Shown piece by piece: positions 12,313 through 22,389 of a DNA stretch of 64,000 nucleotides. Origin of the DNA: Gammaproteobacteria bacterium (GTDB taxonomy: Bacteria; Pseudomonadota; Gammaproteobacteria; JBCCGL01); contig OZ255836.1 of NCBI GenBank assembly GCA_965277715.1, forward strand, positions 768,001 to 832,000. Reading direction: 5' to 3'. Both the position numbers and the translations under genes were made by a program. Each line of letters starts with the position of its first letter. The first letter of the stretch is position 1. The notes under the pieces are model-generated. The model had not been told where the DNA came from. It ran no database searches and saw only the letters and a program-made list of their open reading frames with translations.

Positions 12313-13455
12313 ATGATTGATTTTTCCCATTCACAAGAACAAATACTCATGGCCAACAGCCTTGATCGGCTGCTGCTGGATATTTATCCCTTTACCGGGC
12401 GTTTAAATATTGTGCAAGCGGGTTCAGACAAGATTCACCCAGGATTCAACGATACGCTATGGATGGCGTTAAGCGAGCTGGGCATCACCGCCATTATGGT
12501 GCCTGAAGCCTTTGATGGGTTGGGGGGGAATGCCGAAGATATCATGGTCATTATGCAGCAAGTGGGTAAACACCTGTTGGTAGCGCCATTATTGAGCAGT
12601 GCGGTATTGGGCACCCTGGCGTTATCGCAGGCGGCGACACAGCAGCAAAAAGAGCAGCGCTTGCCTGCACTGGCCAGTGGTGAGCAGCGCACGGCGCTGG
12701 CGGTGAGTGAACCACAGGGATACGGGCTGGCGGCGGTGTTTGCCACAACGGCACAAACAACCGCGCACAAGACCACCTTGTGTGGGCATAAATCACTGGT
12801 GCACTTTGGGCAAGTGGCCGACTACATTATCGTCGCGGCACAACAGGGCGATGAACAGGGGTTGTACCTGCTGGAGGCTAACAGCCCCGGTGTGAAATAT
12901 TGCCCCTACCGCACCCACGATGGTGGTGCTGCGCTCGATTTGCATCTTGATCACGCTCCGGTAGAACGATTGGGCGAGGGTGAAGATGCGGCACCACTTA
13001 TCCGCTACCTATGGGATCTGGGGGCAGTGGCGGTATGTGCCGAAGCGCTGGGGTGTATGGATGCAATCTACCAGCAAACGCGGGATTATCTGAAGATACG
13101 CGAACAGTTTGGTGCGCCGTTGGCCAGCTTTCAAAGCTTGCAGCACCGCCTGGTGGATATGCATATTGCCTGTGAGTTATCCCGTTCAATAACGTGTGAT
13201 GCGGTTTGGTCAATCGATCATGCCGAATCTGTTGAGCGCAATAAAGCCGTCTCGGCGGCCAAAGTGTTAATTGGCCAGCATGGTGTTCAGGTGGGGAAAG
13301 AGGGGGTACAGCTACACGGTGGTATCGGCATGACAATGGCGCTGCCCATTGGTCACTACCTGAAGCGATTGACGCTGATCAATCAGCAATTTGGCGATGT
13401 TGTCGAGAGGCTTAAACGCTATCAGAGGCTCATAATGAACGAAAGTAGAAAATAA
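12313..13455 (+). CDS. Acyl-CoA dehydrogenase, PimD/FadE small-subunit type
   Basis: REQFGAPLASFQSLQHRLVDM, QLHGGIGMT; paired with upstream ACAD. Confidence 0.85.
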   Translation: MIDFSHSQEQILMANSLDRLLLDIYPFTGRLNIVQAGSDKIHPGFNDTLWMALSELGITAIMVPEAFDGLGGNAEDIMVIMQQVGKHLLVAPLLSSAVLGTLALSQAATQQQKEQRLPALASGEQRTALAVSEPQGYGLAAVFATTAQTTAHKTTLCGHKSLVHFGQVADYIIVAAQQGDEQGLYLLEANSPGVKYCPYRTHDGGAALDLHLDHAPVERLGEGEDAAPLIRYLWDLGAVAVCAEALGCMDAIYQQTRDYLKIREQFGAPLASFQSLQHRLVDMHIACELSRSITCDAVWSIDHAESVERNKAVSAAKVLIGQHGVQVGKEGVQLHGGIGMTMALPIGHYLKRLTLINQQFGDVVERLKRYQRLIMNESRK

Positions 13456-13642
13456 AATACTTGGAGGAAATAGCCATTGTCTTGGAGTAAAAGCCAATTT
13501 AAAAAATTCTTATAACCGTGCTAATAAATGCGCGTAGATTTTTGCTTAGCCTGGGTACATTACACACTATGGCTGTCTCTCATTTTCAAAATACTGTTGA
13601 TGAGGGTCAGGAATTTACTCTGAGCCTAACCAATTGGAATTT

Positions 13643-14287
13643 TTAATCATTAAGCAACCGAATTTCAGCCGTTTCTAAATGTGGCAGATCCCGATGGCAG
13701 TTAGCGGGTATCTGAAAAAATGCCGTTTGAAGAATTTGCAGGATATCGCCGTGGGCGATTAACAGGCAGTTAATTCCGCAAAAACGATTCTCTAAATTTA
13801 AAATGACATCGACTGCCCGTTTGATGACAAAAGCCACTGTTTCAACATCGTCGGGAAGAGCTAGGCCACTTTTATCGGCGGCCCACACTTCGGCATAGCG
13901 ATGATCGGGGCCGAGTTCCAGTATGCCAAAATTGCGCTCGCGAAGTTGTCGGTTTATCTCAAAATAATGGGTGCATCCGAGCATTTGGTGGGCTAATTTA
14001 GCCGTTTCGCGGGCGCGTTTAAAATCTGAGCAGATAATGCGCGTCGAAGTGTCCAGTGTGCATAAAGCCAATGACGATTTTACCTGTTGCCGACCTGTTT
14101 CATTAAGTCCATAACCGTTAACACCGTAAGCGGGTTGGCTAACAATCAAACCTTCGCTATTAGCCATGCTTTGGCCGTGACGCATTGCGTAGTAACTATT
14201 TTTAAGCTTGGGTAAATAATTTATTGTTTGGTTTGCGTTATCTATCATGCGGGTGATTCGCTGTACGATTACATTAGGTGTTTGCAA
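13643..14287 (-). CDS. Histidine phosphatase (phosphoglycerate mutase-like); start uncertain
   Basis: MRHGQS, SDFKRARETA, LRERNFG, IAHGD. Confidence 0.85.
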   Translation of the reverse strand: MQTPNVIVQRITRMIDNANQTINYLPKLKNSYYAMRHGQSMANSEGLIVSQPAYGVNGYGLNETGRQQVKSSLALCTLDTSTRIICSDFKRARETAKLAHQMLGCTHYFEINRQLRERNFGILELGPDHRYAEVWAADKSGLALPDDVETVAFVIKRAVDVILNLENRFCGINCLLIAHGDILQILQTAFFQIPANCHRDLPHLETAEIRLLND

Positions 14288-14310
14288 TGGGTGCTGATTA
14301 ATTTAGAAAA

Positions 14311-14349
14311 CAGGGCGCCGCTAAACACAACTGTTTTAGCGGCGCCCTG
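14311..14349 (-). terminator. Perfect 15-bp inverted repeat; likely terminator of the TRAP operon and member of the dispersed palindrome family
   Basis: CAGGGCGCCGCTAAA-N9-TTTAGCGGCGCCCTG, followed by TTTTCT on the minus strand. Confidence 0.7.
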
Positions 14350-14408
14350 AGAGTAGCGCCCTGGAGAGTGACCCCGCAGCGTGAATATATGCGCGGGATC
14401 ATGCTCGT

Positions 14409-15494
14409 TTACGAATAACGATACGGGACGCCCGCTTTTTCCATCACGGCAGAGTAGTCTTTAAATGCTTTGACCACCTTTGCAGCACGCGGGCTGATAC
14501 TGGCCAGTTCGTTCCAGAATTCTGCTGAGTCAGCAACCACCGTATCCCATTCGTTGGCTGGAATCGTGGTGAGCTCCATCTTCTTGCCATTGACGCGAAG
14601 GTCTGCTTCACCCCCCCAATACCATACTTGGCGGTAGTAGTGTGAGGCGTCCATCGACATCTTGAACAGTTCCTGCAACTTAGGCGATATGCCCGCCCAA
14701 CTCTTGGAGTTGGCAAAATAGGAACCACACCAGGCGCCGGTGATATTGTTGAGTAGCGCGTAGTTGCAGGCATCAGCCCAGCCCACTTCGTAGGCTTCGG
14801 TGAAGCCACACCAGGCGACACCATCAAGCTCACCCGTCTGTAAAGCCACTTCAATATCATCCCACGGCAGGGTGACAGGAATCAGGCCATAGCGGGATAA
14901 GAATCTACCGGCGGTCGGCACACCAAATACCCGTTTGCCTTTCATATCGGCAAGGCTTCTGATGGGGTCTTTGGTGAAGATATGGCACGGGTCCCAGGCA
15001 CCGGCACCCAGCCACTCGACGCCTTTGACTTCATCGTAAGCTTCCTGCCAGATTTCATTCAGACCGTAGTACTTAAAAAGCACCGGAAGATCGAGGCTGT
15101 AGCGGGTTGAGAAGGGAAAGTAACCGCCAAAGACGTTAATGTCGACCGGCGAGGCCATTGTCGCATCATCGCTTTGCACGGCGTCGATAGTACCGTTTTG
15201 TACGGCGCGGAACAGCTCGTCTGTTGGTACTAGCTGGTCTGCATAGTACAGTTCAATTTCCATTTCGCCGTGGGCTGCACGGTTAAAGGATTCAATTTGC
15301 GGCAAAATAACATGCGCGCCCAGAGGTGCTCCCGAATAGGTTTGTAAACGCCATTTGATCGGGTTGGTGGCGGAGTAGACATAGGGGGCGCTGGATGCGG
15401 TGATTGCACCCGCTGTCGCGATGCCGGCTTTCTTAAGAAAATCACGTCGGTTGCTTGTCTCGGGGACAGTGGTTTTTGGCGTCTTGTCGTTCAC
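14409..15494 (-). CDS. dctP: TRAP solute-binding protein, Tat-exported, Arg-less amine-binding type
   Basis: SNRRDFLKK twin-arginine signal, KWRLQTY, KGKRVF (Phe at the usual Arg), GAWDP, AWCGFTE. Confidence 0.85.
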   Translation of the reverse strand: MNDKTPKTTVPETSNRRDFLKKAGIATAGAITASSAPYVYSATNPIKWRLQTYSGAPLGAHVILPQIESFNRAAHGEMEIELYYADQLVPTDELFRAVQNGTIDAVQSDDATMASPVDINVFGGYFPFSTRYSLDLPVLFKYYGLNEIWQEAYDEVKGVEWLGAGAWDPCHIFTKDPIRSLADMKGKRVFGVPTAGRFLSRYGLIPVTLPWDDIEVALQTGELDGVAWCGFTEAYEVGWADACNYALLNNITGAWCGSYFANSKSWAGISPKLQELFKMSMDASHYYRQVWYWGGEADLRVNGKKMELTTIPANEWDTVVADSAEFWNELASISPRAAKVVKAFKDYSAVMEKAGVPYRYS

Positions 15495-15565
15495 ATTTAT
15501 TCCTCGCTTTGGTTTTGGCAGTGTGCCACTTTAGGAAAATGCGTTCCCACTACTCAGCAGCCGGA

Positions 15566-16888
15566 TTAGCGGCTGTATACGTATTCAGGCAGCCATAGGG
15601 CTATCTGCGGGAAGCGCATTACAACGATCAACCCAAAACTCATTACCAATACAAACGGTATGATGGATCGATAGATGTCTGGCAGGGTTATTTCCCTGGG
15701 GGCCATCGCACGCATAAGGAATAGGTTGTATCCGAATGGTGGGGTCATATAGGCAATCTGGCAGGTGATTGTGTAAAGCACACCATACCAGATAGGGTTG
15801 AAACCCAAGGCGATAACAAGGGGTACGTAAAGCGGCGCAACGATAACCAGCATGGCGGTATCGTCCAGGAACATACCCATAACAAGGTAGGAGAGCTGCA
15901 TCATTATCAGTACTTCCCAGGGCGTCAGGTTCCACTGTGTTATAAACAGGGTTTCGATTGCTTTGACGGCGCCGATACCATCAAATACTGCACCAAAACA
16001 CAAAGCGGCCAAAATAATCCACAGAAACATGCAGGACACACCTAAGGTCTTGTGCAAGGTATCTTCCAACACTTTTTTGGTTAAAGCGCGTTTGTAAAGT
16101 GCCGCGAAAACGGCACAGGTGGCGCCCACCGCTGAGCTTTCCACCAGGCTGGTGATCCCCATGACGAAAAGCCCGGTCATAAAAAAGAAAATAAGGAAGG
16201 GAATAATACCCGCCCGGAGCAATTTTAATTTCTCGGCCATTGGAATATCCCGTTCCTCTTTGGCGATGGTGGGGCCGAGATGTGGCTGTAGGCGACAGCG
16301 GATGTAAATATATAAAATAAACAGCGAGGCCATCATCAAACCGGGAATAGCGCCCGCCAGCCACAGTTTGCCAACCGGTTGGCGGGCGATCATGCCATAC
16401 AGCACCAGCACGACACTCGGGGGCACCAATATCCCCAGCGAGCTGCCCGCCTGAATTACCCCTGTGATCATTATTTTGTCATACCCCCTGCGCAACATTT
16501 CCGGCAGGGCGATACTGGCGCCGATGGCCATACCCGCGACGCTCAAGCCGTTCATCGCCGAGACAACCACCATCAGGCCTATTGTGCCAATGGCGAGGCC
16601 ACCTTTGATATTGCCAAACCAGACGTGAAACATTTTGTAAAGGTCGTTGGCAATGCCGGATTCTGATAATAGGTAACCCATGAAAACAAACAGTGGCAGT
16701 GTGAGTAATGGATACCAGTTAAACAGTTTAAAAGCTGCATTAAAGGGCATTTCAACGCCACCATCGCCCCATAACAGCAGGGCTGCAACGCTGGATACCA
16801 CACCGATAGCGCCAAACACCCGCTGCCCTGAAAGCATCATCAGGAGCATGGAGGTCACCATCAATATGGCGATGAGTTCATAACTCAT
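15566..16888 (-). CDS. dctM: TRAP large permease
   Basis: LPLFVFMG, LPEMLRRGY, LGILVPPS, YMTPPFGYNLF. Confidence 0.93.
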   Translation of the reverse strand: MSYELIAILMVTSMLLMMLSGQRVFGAIGVVSSVAALLLWGDGGVEMPFNAAFKLFNWYPLLTLPLFVFMGYLLSESGIANDLYKMFHVWFGNIKGGLAIGTIGLMVVVSAMNGLSVAGMAIGASIALPEMLRRGYDKIMITGVIQAGSSLGILVPPSVVLVLYGMIARQPVGKLWLAGAIPGLMMASLFILYIYIRCRLQPHLGPTIAKEERDIPMAEKLKLLRAGIIPFLIFFFMTGLFVMGITSLVESSAVGATCAVFAALYKRALTKKVLEDTLHKTLGVSCMFLWIILAALCFGAVFDGIGAVKAIETLFITQWNLTPWEVLIMMQLSYLVMGMFLDDTAMLVIVAPLYVPLVIALGFNPIWYGVLYTITCQIAYMTPPFGYNLFLMRAMAPREITLPDIYRSIIPFVLVMSFGLIVVMRFPQIALWLPEYVYSR

Positions 16889-17397
16889 GAAATGCGTTCT
16901 CCTTTAACTTTTGCATAATCTTTGAAGAACAGGGAGGCGGTTTGTAAAATCATCAGGATAATGCCAAACACCATAATGACTTTTATCGGCACCATTGACG
17001 GGTTCCATTGGGAGAATTTCCGCTGCCCGTATTCAATGGCGTACATTGTGCTGGAAAGGGAGCCAATAAACAGGCAGACCAGGTAAGTCATAAGAAAGAA
17101 ACTGGTCACCATATCGAGAATTGCTTTGGTGCGTTCCGAGCAGCGGTCATAAATCAAATCCATGCGCACATGGTCATCGCATTTCATGGAATAGGCCCCG
17201 CCCAGAAAGTAGTAGGCCGTCATAGTGAACTGTGCCATTTCCACACACCAGGAGAGGGGGTAGTTGATAACATTGCGGGTGATTGAGCTGAGCAGGAGTG
17301 TGGCAATCATGATTAGCACCATATACATGGATAGCCTGCCGAACTTATCGGTGACGAAATCGACGTATTTGACATAGGCGATGATTATTTTAGGCAT
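16885..17397 (-). CDS. dctQ: TRAP small permease
   Basis: Four TM segments, W..EMAQ, HVRMD; 4-nt overlap with dctM. Confidence 0.9.
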   Translation of the reverse strand: MPKIIIAYVKYVDFVTDKFGRLSMYMVLIMIATLLLSSITRNVINYPLSWCVEMAQFTMTAYYFLGGAYSMKCDDHVRMDLIYDRCSERTKAILDMVTSFFLMTYLVCLFIGSLSSTMYAIEYGQRKFSQWNPSMVPIKVIMVFGIILMILQTASLFFKDYAKVKGERIS

Positions 17398-17465
17398 AGT
17401 GTTTAGAGTATCCGAGCCGTTTTTTTATTACTTTACGCCTAACTCCGCGATTTTTCTACAGCGTA

Positions 17466-17520
17466 GTGGTGCTGCAAAAGCCCTTCTCCCAGTTCGGGAG
17501 AGGGACTTTTCCGACACCCT
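17466..17520. repeat. Palindromic element, copy 2
   Basis: Inner stem AAAAGCCCTTCTCCC/GGGAGAGGGACTTTT; right end TTTTCCGACACCCT is the exact reverse complement of AGGGTGTCGGAAAA at 31464. Confidence 0.65.
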
Positions 17521-17633
17521 TCGATAGGAGAAAGGGTCTGAAGCCCAATGGTACGAAAAGTTACTCTAAGAACCCTCTCTCTATAGACCTCTATCTAAGG
17601 CATCCTGATTCAGAGGACTCAATTCCCCCAAGA

Positions 17634-18446
17634 CTATAGTTCTATAAATCGATTCAGTATAGATTCTATGGCCTCTACCAACGCTTCACATTTTTTGCTA
17701 TTGACACTATCAGGATGCGGCGGTGAAAAGTCACCAAGGTCATTATCAAAGTACTGACCTGTAGCTGTGGAAAATTCATCACCTAGACTTGCACGAATCA
17801 AAATATCAACTCCAATGCCAAGATCTTTACCTTCTACACCAAAGCCTTCTTTGACCATCTTACTTGCGAGCATTGAGCCCGGATTAACAGCAATAATTGC
17901 TGGGCTATTACTTTCGAGTGAAAAGGCTAAATGACGAGACCACATGGTAATTGCCAATTTGCTTTGCGCATAAGCGCTAAACTGATCTTCTATATGATGC
18001 TCTCCTCGCATGGTATCAATATCTACAGGTGCTTGTGCTGCCGAGGATAAATTCACAATACGTCCCGTTTCGTTCATTAAAGGCAGTAAGCGTTTAGTGA
18101 GCAAGTACGGGGTAAGGGCATTTACGACGAAGCGAACATCTAATCCATCGTCAGTGATGGGGGCCTGGGTCTTATAAATACCGGCATTATTCACGATGAC
18201 ATCAATATATGAATGTTTGTCGCTGATAGCTTTGGCTAATGCATCGACGTCAACGAAGCTTGATAAGTCTGCTCGGTAGCTTTCAACCGTACCTGTTCCT
18301 AACGCGGTTAATTTATCCTCAACGGCTTTTAGCTTCTCGGCATTTCGGCCATGGATCAATAGGTGATGACCCTGTGCAGCCAGCTTCTTGACAGTAGCTA
18401 AACCGATGCCATCGGTGGCACCGGTGAATAGAATAGTTTTTGTCAT
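17634..18446 (-). CDS. Short-chain dehydrogenase/reductase
   Basis: TGATDGIG, NNAG, NLSS, YAQSK; AGGAGG RBS before ATG at 18446. Confidence 0.9.
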   Translation of the reverse strand: MTKTILFTGATDGIGLATVKKLAAQGHHLLIHGRNAEKLKAVEDKLTALGTGTVESYRADLSSFVDVDALAKAISDKHSYIDVIVNNAGIYKTQAPITDDGLDVRFVVNALTPYLLTKRLLPLMNETGRIVNLSSAAQAPVDIDTMRGEHHIEDQFSAYAQSKLAITMWSRHLAFSLESNSPAIIAVNPGSMLASKMVKEGFGVEGKDLGIGVDILIRASLGDEFSTATGQYFDNDLGDFSPPHPDSVNSKKCEALVEAIESILNRFIEL

Positions 18447-18464
18447 AGTAAACACCTCCTGATT

Positions 18465-19451
18465 TTATATTGTGACGACTACTTTCCCCATACCTTGGCC
18501 GCTCTCGGCATAGCGATGGGCTGCTGCGATCTCAGTCAGCGTAAACTGCTGCTCGGTCATAATAGGCTTGAGTCCACCGGACTCAACAATGTTTGCAATT
18601 TCGCTTAGTATATTGCTATGTGCTTCCCTGCCTTGGTTATGCAACATAGGAATCAACATAAACACTACGTGTAAAGATAAGCCTTTAATATGTGCGAGAG
18701 TTAAATCTAGCTCAACCATGGAAACGGTCGTGGCGATATCACCATTGAGTGCTGCGGCTTCCATAGAATTTAATAAATTCGACTCTCCTACGGTGTCATA
18801 AATAACATCGAAGCCTTTTCCATCTGTATATTTAGCGACATAGTCAGCAACTGTTTCAGTTTTGTAGTTAATGGCTGTTGCACCTAGCGCTTCAATCAAT
18901 GCCAGTTGCTTCTCTCCACCTCCGGTTGCATAAACATCGGCTCCAAGATGTTTGGCTAACTGCACTGCAATATGACCAACACCTCCGGAGCCTCCATGTA
19001 TGAGTACCTTATGGCTTTTTTTCACATTGGCGCGACTCAAGCCTTCATAGGCCGTTATCGCAACTAACGGTAATGCGGCAGCTTCAGCCATGCTTAGATT
19101 ATTAGGCTTATGGGCTATTAATCGTGTATCGGCCAGCATATATTCAGCCAGGCTACCGGCTAGATCACCGAGACCACCAGCACAGCCATACACTTCGTCA
19201 CCCACTAGGTAACCTGTGACACCCTCGCCAATGGCTTCAATCGTACCGGAAAAGTCCATACCGAGTACAGCAGGTAACGCAGGGGCAAAAGGCAGGCTTT
19301 CACCCGATTCACGAATCTTGTAGTCCACTGGGTTGATGCTGCTTGCTGCCACTTTTATTAACACATGCCCAGTTTTGAGCTTAGGCTTTTCGATATCAGC
19401 CGCTTCAAAAACATCGCTGCTGCCAAAATTGTTGATGATCATTGCTTTCAT
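18465..19451 (-). CDS. NADPH:quinone reductase-like MDR family oxidoreductase
   Basis: SINPVDYKIR, LGMDFSG, HGGSGGVGH, GKVVV; lacks Zn-ligand Cys cluster. Confidence 0.88.
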   Translation of the reverse strand: MKAMIINNFGSSDVFEAADIEKPKLKTGHVLIKVAASSINPVDYKIRESGESLPFAPALPAVLGMDFSGTIEAIGEGVTGYLVGDEVYGCAGGLGDLAGSLAEYMLADTRLIAHKPNNLSMAEAAALPLVAITAYEGLSRANVKKSHKVLIHGGSGGVGHIAVQLAKHLGADVYATGGGEKQLALIEALGATAINYKTETVADYVAKYTDGKGFDVIYDTVGESNLLNSMEAAALNGDIATTVSMVELDLTLAHIKGLSLHVVFMLIPMLHNQGREAHSNILSEIANIVESGGLKPIMTEQQFTLTEIAAAHRYAESGQGMGKVVVTI

Positions 19452-19576
19452 TGTGTATCTCTCAGGCGGTATTGGTAATAACTGCACTTAGTATATTGAT
19501 ATTGATTTAATTTATAATATGCTTAGATATATAATAACTTTATAGTTTTTATTGATAATAATGATAAGCTATCCCC

Positions 19577-20476
19577 ATGAACATTGAGCACCTACGGCTA
19601 TTTGTTCGTATAGCGAATACCCATAACATTAGCCAGGCTGGGCATGAACAGGGGTTGTCACCTGCTGTCGCCAGTAGCTATATCAACAAATTAGAAAAGG
19701 GATTGGGTATACGTTTGATGCATCGCACCACCCGTAAAGTATCATTAACCGAAGATGGTGAAACCTTTCTACCCCACGCTGAAGATGTTTTAGCCAGTAT
19801 TGAATCAGCACATACCTCGGTAGGTGCCGGTAATAATTCGCCAACGGGGACTTTGCGCATTACTGCACCCGTATCGTTTGGTCGCATGCATCTCATGCCT
19901 GCCATGAAGGCTTTTATGCTGGCCTATCCGAACTTGAACATAGACTGCCGCTTCTCCGACAGCATTGTTGACCTGGTCGAGGGTGGTTTTGATATTGCCA
20001 TTCGCAACGCCCAGTTAAAAAGCTCCAGCCTGATTGCCAGAAAACTAGCACCAGACCATCGACTGGTTTGTGCCTCACCTGACTACATTGCACAATTTGG
20101 TGAACCGCAAACACCACAAGAGCTGCAACTGCACCAATGTATAATCTTGTCAGGCATGGACAATTGGCAATTTTCATCGCTCGATGAAACTATCTCCGTA
20201 AAAGTGAAAGGTAAATTTAAAGCTGATAATGGTGAGGCCATTCGAGACGCCTGTATTCAAGGTTTGGGCATTACCATTAATTCCAGCTGGAGTGCTTATG
20301 AATACCTACAACGTGGTGAATTAATACCAATACTAAAAGATTATCCGTTGTTATCTGATACAGCGATTTGGGTTGTGTACCCAAGCTCACGGCAGTTAGC
20401 GTCAAAGGTTCGAGCGTTTATAGATTTTTTTGCTACGGCCTATGGTCAAAAGCCATATTGGTCCTTTTTAGAGTAA
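19577..20476 (+). CDS. LysR-family regulator (CrgA-like), divergent from the oxidoreductases
   Basis: HTH, LEKGLGIRLMHRTTRKVSLT, DLVEGGFDIAIR, KVRAFIDF. Confidence 0.92.
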   Translation: MNIEHLRLFVRIANTHNISQAGHEQGLSPAVASSYINKLEKGLGIRLMHRTTRKVSLTEDGETFLPHAEDVLASIESAHTSVGAGNNSPTGTLRITAPVSFGRMHLMPAMKAFMLAYPNLNIDCRFSDSIVDLVEGGFDIAIRNAQLKSSSLIARKLAPDHRLVCASPDYIAQFGEPQTPQELQLHQCIILSGMDNWQFSSLDETISVKVKGKFKADNGEAIRDACIQGLGITINSSWSAYEYLQRGELIPILKDYPLLSDTAIWVVYPSSRQLASKVRAFIDFFATAYGQKPYWSFLE

Positions 20477-20851
20477 CTTTTCATTCCATTGGGTTTCAGA
20501 CCCCGGGAACTACTGGACCTCCGCTTACAATACGTGCAAATGTAGGGCACACCTCAGCTGATCGGTACTGTCGTCACCGTTAAATCCGGCGGTCGCTGAT
20601 CCATATCCACGTTGAACTGCTCGGACGACCGAAGGAGGCACTAGGTCGCGCTAAGCTGGAGGGGCGCGAACCAATTATTGCACTTTATTCAAACACGGCA
20701 TATCGATTCGGCATAGACGGTGATGTTGACCGGCTATATCAACGCCAGCATAACTAAAGAGTGTTTCAATCAGCAGGAGACCAACGAATATTCTTTACCT
20801 AAGCACATCTAAATTACCTTTGATTTCATGCGCTGTTTTGGCAATTTCACC

Positions 20852-22366
20852 TTAGCCAATGAATGCAGATTTGTATTGATCCCTCAGAATGTTCTTTTGA
20901 ACTTTCCCCATTGTGTTTCGCGGAAGTGCTTCGAGTGTTACTAATTTTCTAGGGTGTTTGAATCGTGCAAGTGAATGCTTAACCGCATTCATTATCCCCT
21001 CGTGGTCGACTACACTTCCTTTTTTGGGCACTACAATGCCGATAACTGTTTCACCAAAATCTGGATGCGGGACTCCAATAACAGCACTCTCCATAACCCC
21101 GGGTTGTTCATCTAAAACCAGTTCGATTTCTTTTGGATAAATGTTATAACCTCCTGAAATGATTAGGTCTTTATCTCGGCCCACGATATGCAAGTAGCCA
21201 TCCGTGTCAAATTTACCCAGGTCGCCTGTAATAAAGAATCCATCTTCGCGGAGCTCAGCAGCCGTTTTTTCGGGCATTTGCCAATAACCTTTGAACACAT
21301 TCGGTCCACGCACTTCTATTTGACCTACCTCACCATCTGCAAGACGTTTACCACTAGCTGGCTCAACAATTCTTACGTCCACATTTGCAAGTGGAAACCC
21401 AACCGTGCCAGCGCGGCGCTCACCATTGTAGGGATTTGATGTATTCATATTTGTTTCTGTCATCCCATAGCGTTCAAGTATCTTATGTCCGGTTCGCTCT
21501 TCAAATTTCATGTGAGTTTCCGCTAACAATGGTGCCGACCCTGACACAAACAGCCTCATATGTTGGGTGAGATCTTTATCAAGTCGATCATCATCGAGCA
21601 ACCGAATATAAAATGTAGGCACGCCCATCATGACGGTCGACCGAGGTATGTTGTCTACAAACAAATCTACGTCAAATTTGGGCATAAAGATGATACTGCT
21701 GCCTGCAACCAAAGATACGTTTATGGCAACGAAAAGACCATGTGTATGGAATATAGGTAATGCGTGAATCAGTACGTCCTTGTCACCGAAATTCCACTCC
21801 TGAGCGAGCGTTTCGCTATTCGACAGTAAATTGTCCTGTGTTAGCATCGCACCCTTAGATCGACCCGTTGTACCAGAGGTATAGAGTAAAGCGGCGAGAT
21901 CATCGCCATCTCGGTCAGCTGTATCGAAAGTGTTAGACATGGTGTTGGCCCGCTCCATCAGGGTGCCTCCTCCATCTGCACCCAACGTTTCCAATTTAGC
22001 TCCAAGCTCACTTGAAAGAGCGCTTAATCCTTGCGAACGACTGGGATCGCAAATAATCAATGAAGCGCCACTATTCTCGATAAAATAGTGCAATTCATTG
22101 CTTGTATAAGCGATATTGAGGGGGAGAAGTACAAGGCCCGCCTGAGCACATGCGGCATATACGGCAAGCGCCTGGTGTGACTTCTCAACTTGTGTTGCTA
22201 CGCGATCACCGGGTTTCAGCCCGAGTTGGTTTGTTACATTCGCGATTTGCGCCGCGATCTCTAAAAATTCTTGGTGACCTAATGTGGTGCCATCCGGCAA
22301 ATGTAAAAAAGGCGATGTCTTTCCTTTGTGAACACCGAACAACTGGTCATATAGTGGATTTGCCAC
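20852..22366 (-). CDS. matB: Malonyl-CoA synthetase (start moved to GTG, MANPLYD)
   Basis: YTSGTTGRSKGAML, ALPIFHTHGLF, ILERYGMTET, TSNPY.GERR.GTVG, LPRNTMGKVQK; AGGAAGG RBS. Confidence 0.9.
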   Translation of the reverse strand: MANPLYDQLFGVHKGKTSPFLHLPDGTTLGHQEFLEIAAQIANVTNQLGLKPGDRVATQVEKSHQALAVYAACAQAGLVLLPLNIAYTSNELHYFIENSGASLIICDPSRSQGLSALSSELGAKLETLGADGGGTLMERANTMSNTFDTADRDGDDLAALLYTSGTTGRSKGAMLTQDNLLSNSETLAQEWNFGDKDVLIHALPIFHTHGLFVAINVSLVAGSSIIFMPKFDVDLFVDNIPRSTVMMGVPTFYIRLLDDDRLDKDLTQHMRLFVSGSAPLLAETHMKFEERTGHKILERYGMTETNMNTSNPYNGERRAGTVGFPLANVDVRIVEPASGKRLADGEVGQIEVRGPNVFKGYWQMPEKTAAELREDGFFITGDLGKFDTDGYLHIVGRDKDLIISGGYNIYPKEIELVLDEQPGVMESAVIGVPHPDFGETVIGIVVPKKGSVVDHEGIMNAVKHSLARFKHPRKLVTLEALPRNTMGKVQKNILRDQYKSAFIG

Positions 22367-22389
22367 GATGAATATCCTTCCTACATTCA

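Noticed and set aside
13460-13500. Imperfect direct repeat CTTGGAGGAAATAGCCATT / CTTGGAGTAAAAGCCAATT
   Set aside because: Only two copies with almost no spacer; not CRISPR-like and no function evident
15515-15530. TGGCAC on the minus strand before the TRAP binding-protein gene as a sigma-54 promoter
   Set aside because: No TTGC at the required -12 spacing
20560-20600. IGTVVTVKSGG resembling the YodC/DUF2158 start
   Set aside because: Eleven residues then a stop; compatible with chance
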